64,000 nt of DNA from an uncultured bacterium (GTDB lineage: Bacteria > Babelota > Babeliae > Babelales > JABCYS01), in assembly GCA_963705705.1 (NCBI GenBank), contig CAVPKK010000004.1, forward strand, positions 64,001 through 128,000. Direction: 5' to 3'. Position numbers and translations under genes: made by a program. Of this stretch, positions 39,502 through 54,369 are shown in pieces. Positions within the stretch are counted from its first letter, which is position 1. Every line of letters begins with the position of its first letter. The notes beneath the pieces are model-generated. The model did no database searches. It saw only the letters and a program-made list of their open reading frames with translations, and had not been told where the DNA came from.

Positions 39502-40294
39502 GTTTAAGTCCTTTCTTCATGAGGTAACCGGCAAGTGCGCAAAAAACTATAAGCCAAAATAGTTGAATGCTAAAAAACTTAATAAAAAAATTATAATCAA
39601 ACTTTACCATAAGGCGTGCCGCTGAATAATAAAGTTGTCCGAATGGTAGTAATTCAGCAACCCTTTTTATCCTTTCCGGAAATAGGGCGAGTGGCAAGAT
39701 GGCACCACCAAAAATGATCGTCGTTGAGCGGTAAAGCCAATCAATAGAGCTGATATCTTCGATCCAAAATGCCAGTAAGCCGATGACTAATGAGATAGCA
39801 AAGTAGAGAAGGTAACCTAAAAACATCATGCCAAGGCCAATGCATGCGCCGAAAAAGGAGGTATGTAGTGGACCGACAAGAATGTATGGGCAAATTGTAC
39901 ATACCAACAAATTAATGAACATGTTGCCGAAGCTTCGCCCCATGAAGGTAGCAAACTGGTAAAGAATGTATGAATATGGTTTGTTCAAAGAATAAGCAAG
40001 AGATCCGGTTTTAACTTCCTCTTCGATGATGCGCGGAACACTTGGTTCCGTGGCAGAGCTTTCAAAACCTTGGATGATACTCATCACCCAGATAAGTTGA
40101 ACAAAGGTAAGACCATCGAATTCAGTAACGCCAGTACTTGCATACGTGGCGCCATAAAATTGGCTCATTACCCAAATGCGCAAAATGATAATGGGTGCTT
40201 CGGCGAGCATATCTGTGCGGTAAGCAAGACGGGCTCGCAAAGCGGTGCTGATAACTGCCGCATATTTATCAAGCTTGATAGTCATTGTGCCCAT
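39479..40294 (-). CDS. ABC-2 family permease (DUF990-type)
   Basis: LAYR, EVKTGSLAYSLNKPYSY, GGAILPLALFP. Confidence 0.88.
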   Translation of the reverse strand: MGTMTIKLDKYAAVISTALRARLAYRTDMLAEAPIIILRIWVMSQFYGATYASTGVTEFDGLTFVQLIWVMSIIQGFESSATEPSVPRIIEEEVKTGSLAYSLNKPYSYILYQFATFMGRSFGNMFINLLVCTICPYILVGPLHTSFFGACIGLGMMFLGYLLYFAISLVIGLLAFWIEDISSIDWLYRSTTIIFGGAILPLALFPERIKRVAELLPFGQLYYSAARLMVKFDYNFFIKFFSIQLFWLIVFCALAGYLMKKGLKRVSISGG

Positions 40295-41289
40295 TCGCCG
40301 GCTTCAGGAATGGCGCCTCGGTAAATCGAACCGATAATTTCTTCCATTGGCGGTTCGTTTATGGTGATATCGATAATGGTGAAATTTTCCAGCGCATAAT
40401 TGAGCAATTTTTCAATTGATGCTTTGCTCGTATCCACTTCAATCTTTAGTGAATGTTTATCTCGTTCAACAATCTTTCCCTTTTCGAATCTAAACGCGTC
40501 AGTATTTTCCTCAATTACTAGTTCAACAATTTTGGTCATGATGTAATTCTTACGCAGATCTGCAGTGGTACCATCAAAAATAATTTGGCCATAATTGATC
40601 ACGATAGATCGGTTCGTAAGTGTTTCGATATCGCCAGCATCATGCGAAGTAAGAAAAATTGTTACCTGTTCTTTTTCGTTGAGGTATCTGATGACATCAC
40701 GAACCTGTTGCTTGGCAATCACATCGAGCCCAATTGTTGGTTCATCCAAAAATAATATTTTAGGATTATGCAGTAGCGAGGCGATAACTTCGCATCGCAT
40801 GCGCTGACCGAGCGACAATTTGCGCACCGGGGTATTCAGAAATTTTGCAACTTCAAATGAATCAATTAAAAAGTGAAGTCGTTCTTTATATTTATTTTGA
40901 TCAAGCTCGTAAATACGCGAAAGTAAGTTGAACGTATCAATGGCCGGCAAATGGAACCATAGTTGCGATTTTTGACCGAAGACTGATCCAATTTGATAGG
41001 CAAGCTGATGACGGTCGCTCGCTGGCTCAAGACCAAGGCATCTGATAGTACCCGATGTTGGATGCAAAATGCCGGTGAGCATTTTAATGGTAGTTGATTT
41101 GCCGGCGCCATTTGGGCCAATGAACGCTACCATTTCTCCTTGTTCAACTGAAAAAGAAATATCGTCGACTGCTAATACCGAATGATACGTTGGCGAAAAC
41201 AAAGAGCGAATCCCACCCATCAATCCGGGCTCTTTGATTTTGAAGGAGAATCTTTTTACGAGATGATCGACTTGAATAATGGTGGTCAT
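40282..41289 (-). CDS. ABC transporter ATP-binding subunit
   Basis: GPNGAGKST, LSLGQRMR, FLDEPTIGLD. Confidence 0.95.
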   Translation of the reverse strand: MTTIIQVDHLVKRFSFKIKEPGLMGGIRSLFSPTYHSVLAVDDISFSVEQGEMVAFIGPNGAGKSTTIKMLTGILHPTSGTIRCLGLEPASDRHQLAYQIGSVFGQKSQLWFHLPAIDTFNLLSRIYELDQNKYKERLHFLIDSFEVAKFLNTPVRKLSLGQRMRCEVIASLLHNPKILFLDEPTIGLDVIAKQQVRDVIRYLNEKEQVTIFLTSHDAGDIETLTNRSIVINYGQIIFDGTTADLRKNYIMTKIVELVIEENTDAFRFEKGKIVERDKHSLKIEVDTSKASIEKLLNYALENFTIIDITINEPPMEEIIGSIYRGAIPEAGEWAQ

Positions 41290-41436
41290 TTTGGCAGCTT
41301 TCGCACATCCACCAAACACGTTGGTAGAACCGATTTTTTTTTATTATACCAAAATGCAGCTTACCAATTTCAAGGTATTTACGCGATTACAATAATTAGA
41401 TGTGTTGCTTGCTGCAAAAGGCGAAATGGATTTGTG

Positions 41437-42246
41437 TTATCGGCTTCGATTATCATGCACGTAATAAGTCTGCGCAATATCAAACATTTTTTGTTGTTCT
41501 GAATCAGTAAAATATTGTCGCCAAAAATTGAAGGCGGTTTCAACTTGATGGTCGGACCATGTGCCAATATTGAGTTGTTCGGCAAGAACGATGAGAGGCT
41601 TGCGGATAATGAATGTTGCCATTGTGCCGGCCGTGGTTGGGATTTGTGCAAGTTCTATCGAATCGCGCAATGCATAAAAAGTTAGCGGCAATGCATATGC
41701 GCGTGGCATAAGAAAATCTTGCGCAACAATCACGGATTTTCCTGGGATAAGAGCAGGTGCAAAAATTGTTAACGCATGCAAGACTTCTTTTAATCGCTTC
41801 GGGGCATCGAGATGCAACAGTTCAATTGGTTTATTCCAGGGCCAGGTGAGCTGGTCTATTTCGGATTTAACGAGCGCAATGTTTGGGTAAATGGGCTGGA
41901 GATGCTGGTATACCAATGGCAGTGTATCGCTATCGGGTTTGGATGAATATGCGATGTTCTGTTCCGCGGCCTTTTGCACATCTGTATGACGACAAACAAA
42001 ACGGTCAATACAATAAAATGGTTGGCCGGAATTAGCATCACGTAAACCGGCCGCTATGTAACCTGCAGAGCTTCCATACCAAACTCCAATTTCTACGATG
42101 GCATCCAAGGAGTTACAATTATTAGCAAGCCAATAAAGATAGGCACGTTCTTCATCAGTTGTGAGAGAAAGTACCGGCGGTATTTCAGGAATTTGTAATG
42201 ATTGATAATCGTATTGATGATCTTTAGTAAGAAGAGCATAATCCAT
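41437..42246 (-). CDS. Class I SAM-dependent methyltransferase (Methyltransf_24-like)
   Basis: IVEIGVWYGSS, YCIDRF, IELLHLDA. Confidence 0.8.
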   Translation of the reverse strand: MDYALLTKDHQYDYQSLQIPEIPPVLSLTTDEERAYLYWLANNCNSLDAIVEIGVWYGSSAGYIAAGLRDANSGQPFYCIDRFVCRHTDVQKAAEQNIAYSSKPDSDTLPLVYQHLQPIYPNIALVKSEIDQLTWPWNKPIELLHLDAPKRLKEVLHALTIFAPALIPGKSVIVAQDFLMPRAYALPLTFYALRDSIELAQIPTTAGTMATFIIRKPLIVLAEQLNIGTWSDHQVETAFNFWRQYFTDSEQQKMFDIAQTYYVHDNRSR

Positions 42247-42250
42247 GTAA

Positions 42251-42757
42251 TTAACTATTTATTTCCTGCGCCGATTGACGAGCAGATGTTTGCAAAGCGA
42301 GTTGGTACTTTTCTTCATCATCGTCAGAATTAAAATGGATCCGCTTGATAAGCTGATATACCTCGCCAAGCGCAACCTCATCCAACATTTCCATTGGTGT
42401 CTGGTGTTCAAAGCCATCTTCGATACCAACTAATTGATCCCACATTTTTATATCGAGTTTGGTGAGGATCTGGCTTGCCTTATCTTTATTTGCTCCACCG
42501 GCAATAAAATGTCTTAAAACAAAATTCAATGCATTAACTTGCCGTTGGCTTCTTGTACCTTCTTTTGGTGCCCAAAAGCAAAACTTTGCATTGCTATCAA
42601 ATGCTAAACCTGCAGCATCAATGTCATCATTAACCATTGCTTGTTGTAATTGTTGGTTTGCCGTAATTGTTCCGACATCTACGTGCATACCTTCGGCATC
42701 CGCGGGTATATTAAAATTGATGAGGGTAAGAAATAAAAAGACAAGTAATTTAATCAT
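42251..42757 (-). CDS. Exported hypothetical protein
   Basis: AAGGA SD, signal peptide. Confidence 0.7.
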   Translation of the reverse strand: MIKLLVFLFLTLINFNIPADAEGMHVDVGTITANQQLQQAMVNDDIDAAGLAFDSNAKFCFWAPKEGTRSQRQVNALNFVLRHFIAGGANKDKASQILTKLDIKMWDQLVGIEDGFEHQTPMEMLDEVALGEVYQLIKRIHFNSDDDEEKYQLALQTSARQSAQEINS

Positions 42758-42897
42758 GATGTTTTATCCTTATGAAGCCGTTAAAATCGTGCATAATTAA
42801 TAGCAGAGTTCATATAAAAATCAAGCAAATCGCGCATTCAGAGCAGTTATTGACCATAAGGGCTTATATTCAAAACATATTATTCAATTTAAGAGAC

Positions 42898-43623
42898 TTA
42901 ACAGGAAGGAATATCGTTAACGCTTATGGCATCATCAACTTCGTATAACCCAATTGCGATGCGACGTAATGTAGTTACATATGCTCCGCATCCCAACTTC
43001 TCACCAATGTCCCGAGCTAGAGAACGGACATAGGTTCCCTTAGAACACCACAGCTCAAAAGAAACAAAGGGGACCTCAATATGTGTAATCTTTAGCTGAT
43101 AAATCATGACAGGACGCGACTGCAAAACCACTGTCTGCTCTTGGCGGGCCAGGTCATATGCCCGTGAACCATTAATTTTGATTGCCGAGTATATTGGCGG
43201 GGTTTGTGCAATACAGCCAATAAAATCTTTTGTTATGTGGCTGACGTCTTTTTCTGTAATAAATCCGATATCTTTCAGATTCTCTTCTGGCATTTGCGCA
43301 TCATCAGTTTTAGTGGTCGCACCAAGTTTAATAGTGAAAGAATAGCCCTTGGGTAGGCCCTGAAATTGATCAATTGATTTTGTTGCCTTACCACACGCGA
43401 TAATTAAAAGACCGCTGGCCAATGGATCAAGTGTTCCCGCATGGCCAACCTTTTTTATCTGTAGTTTCTTACGAACCGCATAAACAACATCAAAAGAGGT
43501 GGGACCAACCTCCTTATCGATTAAAATAAAGGCGCCATCATTTTTTGCGGATGCAAGCCATCTATTGAATTGAGGCAAGTTTGATTTGGTAAGTATTGGA
43601 ATATTGTTTTGTATTAATTGCAT
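42898..43623 (-). CDS. truB: tRNA pseudouridine(55) synthase, lacking the C-terminal PUA domain
   Basis: KVGHAGTLDPLASG, PPIYSAIK, CSKGTYVRSLARD; start at 43623 or 43647. Confidence 0.95.
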   Translation of the reverse strand: MQLIQNNIPILTKSNLPQFNRWLASAKNDGAFILIDKEVGPTSFDVVYAVRKKLQIKKVGHAGTLDPLASGLLIIACGKATKSIDQFQGLPKGYSFTIKLGATTKTDDAQMPEENLKDIGFITEKDVSHITKDFIGCIAQTPPIYSAIKINGSRAYDLARQEQTVVLQSRPVMIYQLKITHIEVPFVSFELWCSKGTYVRSLARDIGEKLGCGAYVTTLRRIAIGLYEVDDAISVNDIPSC

Positions 43624-43644
43624 TGTTGTTTGTAAAAAAATGGA

Positions 43645-43679
43645 CAAAAAAATAACCCCGAGTGTTGTCTCGAGGTTAT
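43645..43679 (-). terminator. rRNA operon terminator
   Basis: ATAACCTCGAG...CTCGGGGTTAT plus U run on the minus strand. Confidence 0.7.
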
Positions 43680-43685
43680 ATAAAA

Positions 43686-43802
43686 ACCTGGCAGTACCTA
43701 CGTTCCCAGGCCGTTACCAGCCAAGTATCATCGGCGTTGCAAGCTTAACTTCCGTATTCGGAATGGGAACGGGTGTTTCCCTGCAACTATACCCACCAGA
43801 AA
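43686..43802 (-). rRNA. rrf: 5S rRNA
   Basis: Reverse complement contains CACCCGTTCCCATTCCGAATACGGAAGTTAAGC. Confidence 0.95.
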
Positions 43803-43937
43803 CTTTCAAAATCTTTCTGGAGTTTAACTCCATAATCGATTCGTTAATTTGTTTCTTACTACCCTAAAAGGGTCTTGTGTTCTTTGAAATATTCGTGACC
43901 GCGTATTCGTAATTTGCCTTAGATTTTATATAAAACG

Positions 43938-46955
<3,018 letters not shown>

Positions 46956-47164
46956 ACAAAATTACTGAAAATTTTGCTTGAGAAAAATTTACATTTTTCT
47001 CGCTCTAGGCTTGGATTATTATTTCCATTAAAAATACTTGGTCACGAATATTTCAAAGAACACAAGAACTTTTGTTACTACTACTCTCACTGATGATGTA
47101 TATGCACTAGACAGTAATTAGCGGAAAGCCGCTTCTTATGAATTCTCTTAGGTTTTTTGTTTTT

Positions 47165-47240
47165 TGGTGGAGATGAGCGGGCTCGAACCGCTGACCTTCC
47201 GTGTGCAAGACGGATGCTCTACCAACTGAGCTACATCCCC
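47165..47240 (-). tRNA. tRNA-Ala(UGC)
   Basis: GGGGATGTAGCTCAG...TTGCAC...CTCCACCA cloverleaf. Confidence 0.97.
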
Positions 47241-47263
47241 GAGCACCCAAAAATTTTATATAG

Positions 47264-47339
47264 TGGTGGGCCTAAGTCGGATTGAACGACTGACCTCCCC
47301 GTTATCAGCGGGGTGCTCTAACCACTGAGCTATAGGCCC
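47264..47339 (-). tRNA. tRNA-Ile(GAU)
   Basis: GGGCCTATAGCTCAG...CTGATAA...GCCCACCA cloverleaf. Confidence 0.97.
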
Positions 47340-47448
47340 TTGAATCCAAAAGGGCGCCTACGAAATCTGCAAGAACTTTCTCGCAGTTGTTTTTCACACC
47401 TAAATATTATATAGATGAACTGTTTGAGTTCATCATGAATCTCCCTCG

Positions 47449-48995
<1,547 letters not shown>

Positions 48996-49287
48996 AAAAG
49001 TTTGAAAATGCTCGAATGTTATCGCAAATTTCGTAGGCGAATCTTAAAAAATTATATATTTGCCTATTAACTCAAAAAACTCAAAAGAGAATTCTGTCTT
49101 GTGCATATCAAAGAACTAATCGACGGCTATGCCGTCAAATTTTGCGTTGGTTGTAGGGTTGCCCCTAACCACGTCTTGTAATTTTTTGGAATTTCTTTCA
49201 CCAACAGGTGGACCGTTTGGTCCTTGATGTGACAACGTTCATTTCGTTTCGCTTGTTGCTCGCTGTCTTTGGTGAAAAGTGGAGGTA

Positions 49288-49315
49288 ATTGTACCTGAAC
49301 TTTTCGCCGCGTCAA
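49288..49315 (-). promoter_or_regulatory. rRNA operon promoter
   Basis: TTGACG-16-TACAAT; boxA-like AGTTCTTTGA near 49108-49117. Confidence 0.75.
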
Positions 49316-49324
49316 CTGTCTTTT

Positions 49325-49948
49325 TTAAAAACTTTTATCGGCTCGCAGTCTGGTCTCAACAATTTGCTTTAGATTTTCAACCGCCAGCTCAAAATCCTCA
49401 TTCTCAATTGAGCACTGATACAAGGGATTCGTTACTTCTTCAGCTATTTCTTGTGCCGCACGGCGCAATCTTCGATCAACTTGCTCACTTGTTTCCGTCC
49501 CTCGTTTTATAAGGCGTTCTTCCAAAGTTTTCAGGGAGGGAACGGTAACCCAAATGAGGAGAGCATTGGAAAAAAGGGCCTTTAATCGGCTTGCCCCGTG
49601 CCTATCGATCACTAAAAAGCCAGATCTCCCGGCCGCCAATCGCTCTTTAACCTCTTTGTGGGTTCCATAATAGGTACCAAGAGCATCGCTCACCTCTAAA
49701 AACTCGCTGGCTGCTATTTTTACCTTAAAGGCATCGGGTGAAAGAAAATAAAAATCCTTACCATGCTGCTCACCTTGCCGCGGGCTACGAGAGGTATAGG
49801 TGACAAACCTCTCTACAGAGTATCTGGACTGCAATCTATTAATCACTTCTTCAACCAGACTACTTTTACCCGCTCCTGAAGGGCCTGAGAGAATAAATAA
49901 CGTACCTGGTTCGGATGAAGTCGGTATATATGATGGTTCTTGTATCAT
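49325..49948 (-). CDS. gmk: Guanylate kinase
   Basis: SGPSGAGKSS, TSRSPRQGEQHGKDFYF, YYGT. Confidence 0.93.
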   Translation of the reverse strand: MIQEPSYIPTSSEPGTLFILSGPSGAGKSSLVEEVINRLQSRYSVERFVTYTSRSPRQGEQHGKDFYFLSPDAFKVKIAASEFLEVSDALGTYYGTHKEVKERLAAGRSGFLVIDRHGASRLKALFSNALLIWVTVPSLKTLEERLIKRGTETSEQVDRRLRRAAQEIAEEVTNPLYQCSIENEDFELAVENLKQIVETRLRADKSF

Positions 49949-50118
49949 TATATGGCGCTTTATAGTAAGTAGAGAGTGCCTATACATTAGTATGGCCGGC
50001 TAGATATGCAAATGCCCATCCAATAAACTGAAATCTACTATGCCCATTTTAGAACTGATAGCGGATTGTCTGACTTTCACTTTTTATCGTAAGAAAGCCG
50101 TTTTTCACGCGAGTGCGT

Positions 50119-50146
50119 TTGACTTTGCGCTAATGGCCGTTACACT
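50119..50146 (+). promoter_or_regulatory. tRNA promoter
   Basis: TTGACT-16-TACACT. Confidence 0.65.
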
Positions 50147-50192
50147 TCCCTTTACTCTTCAGCATTTTCGTTAGCTGTAACACAAAAATTAC

Positions 50193-50269
<77 letters not shown>

Positions 50270-50334
50270 AATTAGCTTAGCAAGACATGCAAATAAGCGA
50301 AGCGAAATTTAAACGATGTTAATCATCAATTAAT

Positions 50335-50365
50335 ACCCCGGCCAAATTGGCTGGGGTTTCTTTTT
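50335..50365 (+). terminator. Rho-independent terminator
   Basis: ACCCCGGCCAA-A-TTGGCTGGGGT plus T-rich tail. Confidence 0.8.
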
Positions 50366-50488
50366 GTTTTCACATAGCCTTTTTAAGAAAATTTCTTATG
50401 CTTGGTGCCCACCCAAGCCTGCATACCCTATTATTCCTACAAAAATATTCTTCCCACAGCAGGACAGGGCCGATGTTAAAGGACCATT

Positions 50489-53056
50489 ATGCATCTACGT
50501 CTTCTCATTGTTCTTCTTATCAGCATAACGCAAATATTTGCCGTAAAAACGATTAAATACAACGATAGCAAAGCTACCACCACCCTTCCGATAGAAGTAT
50601 GCCAATACGACCCTGTATCTACCTTTATATGTATAGGAGCTGCGCTGGCCGAACCTGAAAATGAATATGCAATCGCCGGATGCACCCTTTTTGGCGGTAT
50701 GGGAAATAACCTTGCGCCATTTGCGCCAACCAAAACATCAATAGATAATAAACCGACCGATACAAACCCCCTCTGCGGTCAAAAAATTAATCATCTTCGC
50801 CTCGTCTCACATATGGGCAAGGCACTCCCAGTCGTAGTTACTGATAAAAATCCAAACATTATTTATTGTGTTCTTGATCCTGCCCATCTGCTTATTACCC
50901 CAACATTGCACGATGCAACGGGCGCAGACGCCGCAAAAATAGTATCCTTCGCCAATGCAGGCAATGTATTATTTGCTGCGGTACAAAGCGATAATGCAAA
51001 CCTTGGTGAAAAAGGAACTGGTATTTGCGTTGCTCATTTTGAAGACGTCAACGGAAAACCAACCGCCATGATTTCCCCGAAAGCGACAGCACTCGATATA
51101 ACGAACCCTGCTCTAAAAATTAATCATGATCTTTCTGCGATCTCCCGTATTACAGACATGCACTGGGATAATAGATTGCAACGACTCTATATTGGGATAG
51201 ACGCAGAGGCCGGTGATCACCCAGATGCGGGTGCACGTGCAATTGCCGTAGGTCGTTTAGTTACTGGCACAATGATTATTGATTCATTTGTGCCAACACA
51301 TGCAATTGAAAGAAACATTGATCAAATTATTGGTAGCATTGGCCAACGATCTGCCGTTACGATACAAAAAATTCGAACACTATTCACAAGTACACGGCTT
51401 AATTATCTGATCGTAGCCCGGTCAGAAGACAGTGCGGATATTCATCAATCATCTATATATGCTTTACCGTTGGTTGATTTACAGGCGATAGAGAATAAAA
51501 GATTTAATCTCAGCACTAAGCATGGAACTTTAGCCAATTGCCATAGTTTGCCTGCAGATCGCTTTTTCCAAAATTATCCGCATCAATTGCTCGGACGTGG
51601 CTTTACCGAGGCGGCAACAAATGCAGAACAAGTATTAACCGCTGACAATCCTGCAGCGATGGTAGGTGGCGGTCCATTGCCATTAGGTGATGATGAACAG
51701 ATAAATGACCTTTTTGTGTATCGCGATTCAGTGTATGCAGCATTATCATCAGTCATTTTCATGTCACAAGCACTATTTGATGAGCATGGCCGCATAAAAA
51801 ATTGGACCTCATGGCAACGAGTAGTAACATCAAATGATCAAATTATCGCCGCAAGCCGCGATGTACACGACGGGCTCAACGGTGTTGCACGAGCTCCACG
51901 GTTTATATATCTCACAAAGTCTGCAGCTGGCGAATATGCTATTAAACATGGATCCTGGAACTCTATAGTAGAACATCCATTGCTCAAAAAACTCAATGAA
52001 GAGTTTCCTAAAGAAGTTGGTGGCATACAAGAATTAAAAGAATATGGCAAAATACTCACGGCGCTTAACAAGAACAAAGTCGTGATCATAGAAAACAATG
52101 AAATAGAGACTATTGCGAATGAATACATTAACGCAATAATGCCGCTCAGCACCGCTCTCTTCCTAGATAACTGCTGCAATGAACGCGACCTATTTGTTGG
52201 CGGTGCACAAGGTCTGGTAGCTATTTCTCTATGGAAAGAACAACAGCCAAAACAATTACATACAGTTATCGGCAATTACCGCCATATCAGATCACTACAG
52301 TGTGATGATTATTATTTATATGTGCTGACCAACAACACCTTTGATCGCATTGATCTTAATGATATTGAACAAGCGTTTACAAGCAATAAAGCAATTCCAA
52401 TATGCACACTCGCAACACCGGCAGCATTAAACATGCCATTTGGCAGTTTCGCCGATGCCATCGTTTCTTCTAAATTAGGGTTGCTTGCTACCAGCTTTGG
52501 CCTATTCCGCGTTGGCAATGGCTGCGATATTACGCGCGTGGCAGTCGCTTCACCAGCGGATTTAGCATGGACTCGCGTTAATCTTCCTGAAATGAGTGAA
52601 GCAGGTTCAATTAGACAACTCCTATCAATCACACCACCACATGCTCTGGCCCGCAACGGAATGCTTTACGTGCTTGCTCAATCTGCCACGGCGAACTCAT
52701 CGCGTGTGTATCGTCTCTCTATTGCAGATGTCGATGCCACGCAAACGCCTATTGATGATGCTACGGTATTACCGATCAATGACTGTTTTGTAAAAGGCTC
52801 ACCATCATTTTTTATCGAGTTTGGTTCTCGTCGCAGCTTTATTGCAACGGATGGTGCTGTTATCTTTGACGCACAGCAAAACCAAGATGCAGGAACGGAT
52901 CTCTTTCAATATGGATCCCCAACAGTCGCCGATATTCAAGGACAACGAAAAAACAATAAAATTCTCGCATCCACTGGAATTATGCATATGCCAGTGCGCT
53001 TACCAAGCGGCGAGTTTGTAATACCAACCAGTACTGGCTTACTCGTATACGAATAA
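50489..53056 (+). CDS. Large exported beta-rich (possibly propeller-like) hypothetical protein
   Basis: Signal peptide; recurrent LYIG/LFVGG..GL/LYVLT/LLATS.GLF blade-like motifs. Confidence 0.7.
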   Translation: MHLRLLIVLLISITQIFAVKTIKYNDSKATTTLPIEVCQYDPVSTFICIGAALAEPENEYAIAGCTLFGGMGNNLAPFAPTKTSIDNKPTDTNPLCGQKINHLRLVSHMGKALPVVVTDKNPNIIYCVLDPAHLLITPTLHDATGADAAKIVSFANAGNVLFAAVQSDNANLGEKGTGICVAHFEDVNGKPTAMISPKATALDITNPALKINHDLSAISRITDMHWDNRLQRLYIGIDAEAGDHPDAGARAIAVGRLVTGTMIIDSFVPTHAIERNIDQIIGSIGQRSAVTIQKIRTLFTSTRLNYLIVARSEDSADIHQSSIYALPLVDLQAIENKRFNLSTKHGTLANCHSLPADRFFQNYPHQLLGRGFTEAATNAEQVLTADNPAAMVGGGPLPLGDDEQINDLFVYRDSVYAALSSVIFMSQALFDEHGRIKNWTSWQRVVTSNDQIIAASRDVHDGLNGVARAPRFIYLTKSAAGEYAIKHGSWNSIVEHPLLKKLNEEFPKEVGGIQELKEYGKILTALNKNKVVIIENNEIETIANEYINAIMPLSTALFLDNCCNERDLFVGGAQGLVAISLWKEQQPKQLHTVIGNYRHIRSLQCDDYYLYVLTNNTFDRIDLNDIEQAFTSNKAIPICTLATPAALNMPFGSFADAIVSSKLGLLATSFGLFRVGNGCDITRVAVASPADLAWTRVNLPEMSEAGSIRQLLSITPPHALARNGMLYVLAQSATANSSRVYRLSIADVDATQTPIDDATVLPINDCFVKGSPSFFIEFGSRRSFIATDGAVIFDAQQNQDAGTDLFQYGSPTVADIQGQRKNNKILASTGIMHMPVRLPSGEFVIPTSTGLLVYE

Positions 53057-53095
53057 AAACATCACTACATAGATACGATCACATGAGAATAATTC

Positions 53096-54367
53096 ATGAC
53101 CCAAAATAAAAATTTAATAATTATCGCCGCACTTATTTGCAGCGGCTCTGCATATGGCATTTTCCCACTCAATCTTTGGCAAGCAGATGACATCAACCTC
53201 TGGCGCCCCTCTTGGCCGCGCCATACCCGGTTTGATATCAACGTGGCCAGTGAATTTGGTATAAAAACAATTGGTCGTGCAGCTTGCGAGCAAACCTGCG
53301 ATCCTGGTCTAGATTTAGGCAAGGTAAATGTATTCAAAGTATGGCAGCCAGAGCAGAATGCCTTAGCCATGCTCAGAGGTTTTCCACCTCATTCCGCGAT
53401 TGGCCAATTGGCACAGGAGCTCGATGCCAATCATGATTGCGGCCCGCGTGGCAAATTCGATGTTTGCGGTGATCTTGATGTTGTCCAGCACACCGTTATC
53501 GCTACTCGTTTCAAATTACATCATCATGTAACGTTCGGATTATATTTCCCTTTTACAACATTAAAAGCACGTGCAAAATTTACCGATCTTACCCCAGATG
53601 TAACAGGCCTCGATCAACTTACAAAAGAACTGCTTACCGATAATTTTGCTGAAAATGTGTATCGCCTTGGCTGCCTAAATTTATCTCCCTGGAGCCGCAC
53701 GGGCGCTGGGGATCTTGCAGCAGTACTCAGCTGGGATCGTTGGTTTCCTCAACACCGTCCCATATTGAAAAATGTTGGAACGAGTTTGCGTGTTGGTATG
53801 AATTTCCCCACCGGCGCGAAACCAAATATTGATGATCTATTGGCCATTCCATTTGGGAATGAATCATTTGGTTTTATCATCGGTGCAGGTATAAAATTAC
53901 AACTGACCTCATTGATGCGCCTGGGTGTTGATATTGAGTTCTTAGACTTGATCAATGCTAATCGCGAAGCACGTATTAAAACTGACGTTGAGCAAACTGA
54001 TTTATTATTTTTAGCATCAACCTGCGTACTCAAAGATTTCGGATTCACCCATCGATTTAACGTGTTCTGGGAATTTTTCAAAGCAGGCTTTTCTGCGAGC
54101 CTGACGTATCAATACTGGAAACATGATGATGATAGAATCGCCGCCTTTAATAATCGCTACTCATCCGAAATTGCCAACACAGCTAAAAGCTTAGAAGAAT
54201 GGACGATGCATCAATTTATTTACAAATTTAGCTATGACACGAGCACACTAGACTGCGGTAATAGATTTGGCAATCCATACGTCGCCTTCTTCTACAAACA
54301 GCCACTCAATGGCAAAAACGCATTCCTGGCACACACTGTTGGCTTGATTAGCTCGTGGGCGTTTTAA
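53096..54367 (+). CDS. Putative outer-membrane beta-barrel protein
   Basis: Signal peptide, G.GD...FPTG transporter-like motif, C-terminal W-A-F. Confidence 0.6.
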   Translation: MTQNKNLIIIAALICSGSAYGIFPLNLWQADDINLWRPSWPRHTRFDINVASEFGIKTIGRAACEQTCDPGLDLGKVNVFKVWQPEQNALAMLRGFPPHSAIGQLAQELDANHDCGPRGKFDVCGDLDVVQHTVIATRFKLHHHVTFGLYFPFTTLKARAKFTDLTPDVTGLDQLTKELLTDNFAENVYRLGCLNLSPWSRTGAGDLAAVLSWDRWFPQHRPILKNVGTSLRVGMNFPTGAKPNIDDLLAIPFGNESFGFIIGAGIKLQLTSLMRLGVDIEFLDLINANREARIKTDVEQTDLLFLASTCVLKDFGFTHRFNVFWEFFKAGFSASLTYQYWKHDDDRIAAFNNRYSSEIANTAKSLEEWTMHQFIYKFSYDTSTLDCGNRFGNPYVAFFYKQPLNGKNAFLAHTVGLISSWAF

Positions 54368-54369
54368 CT

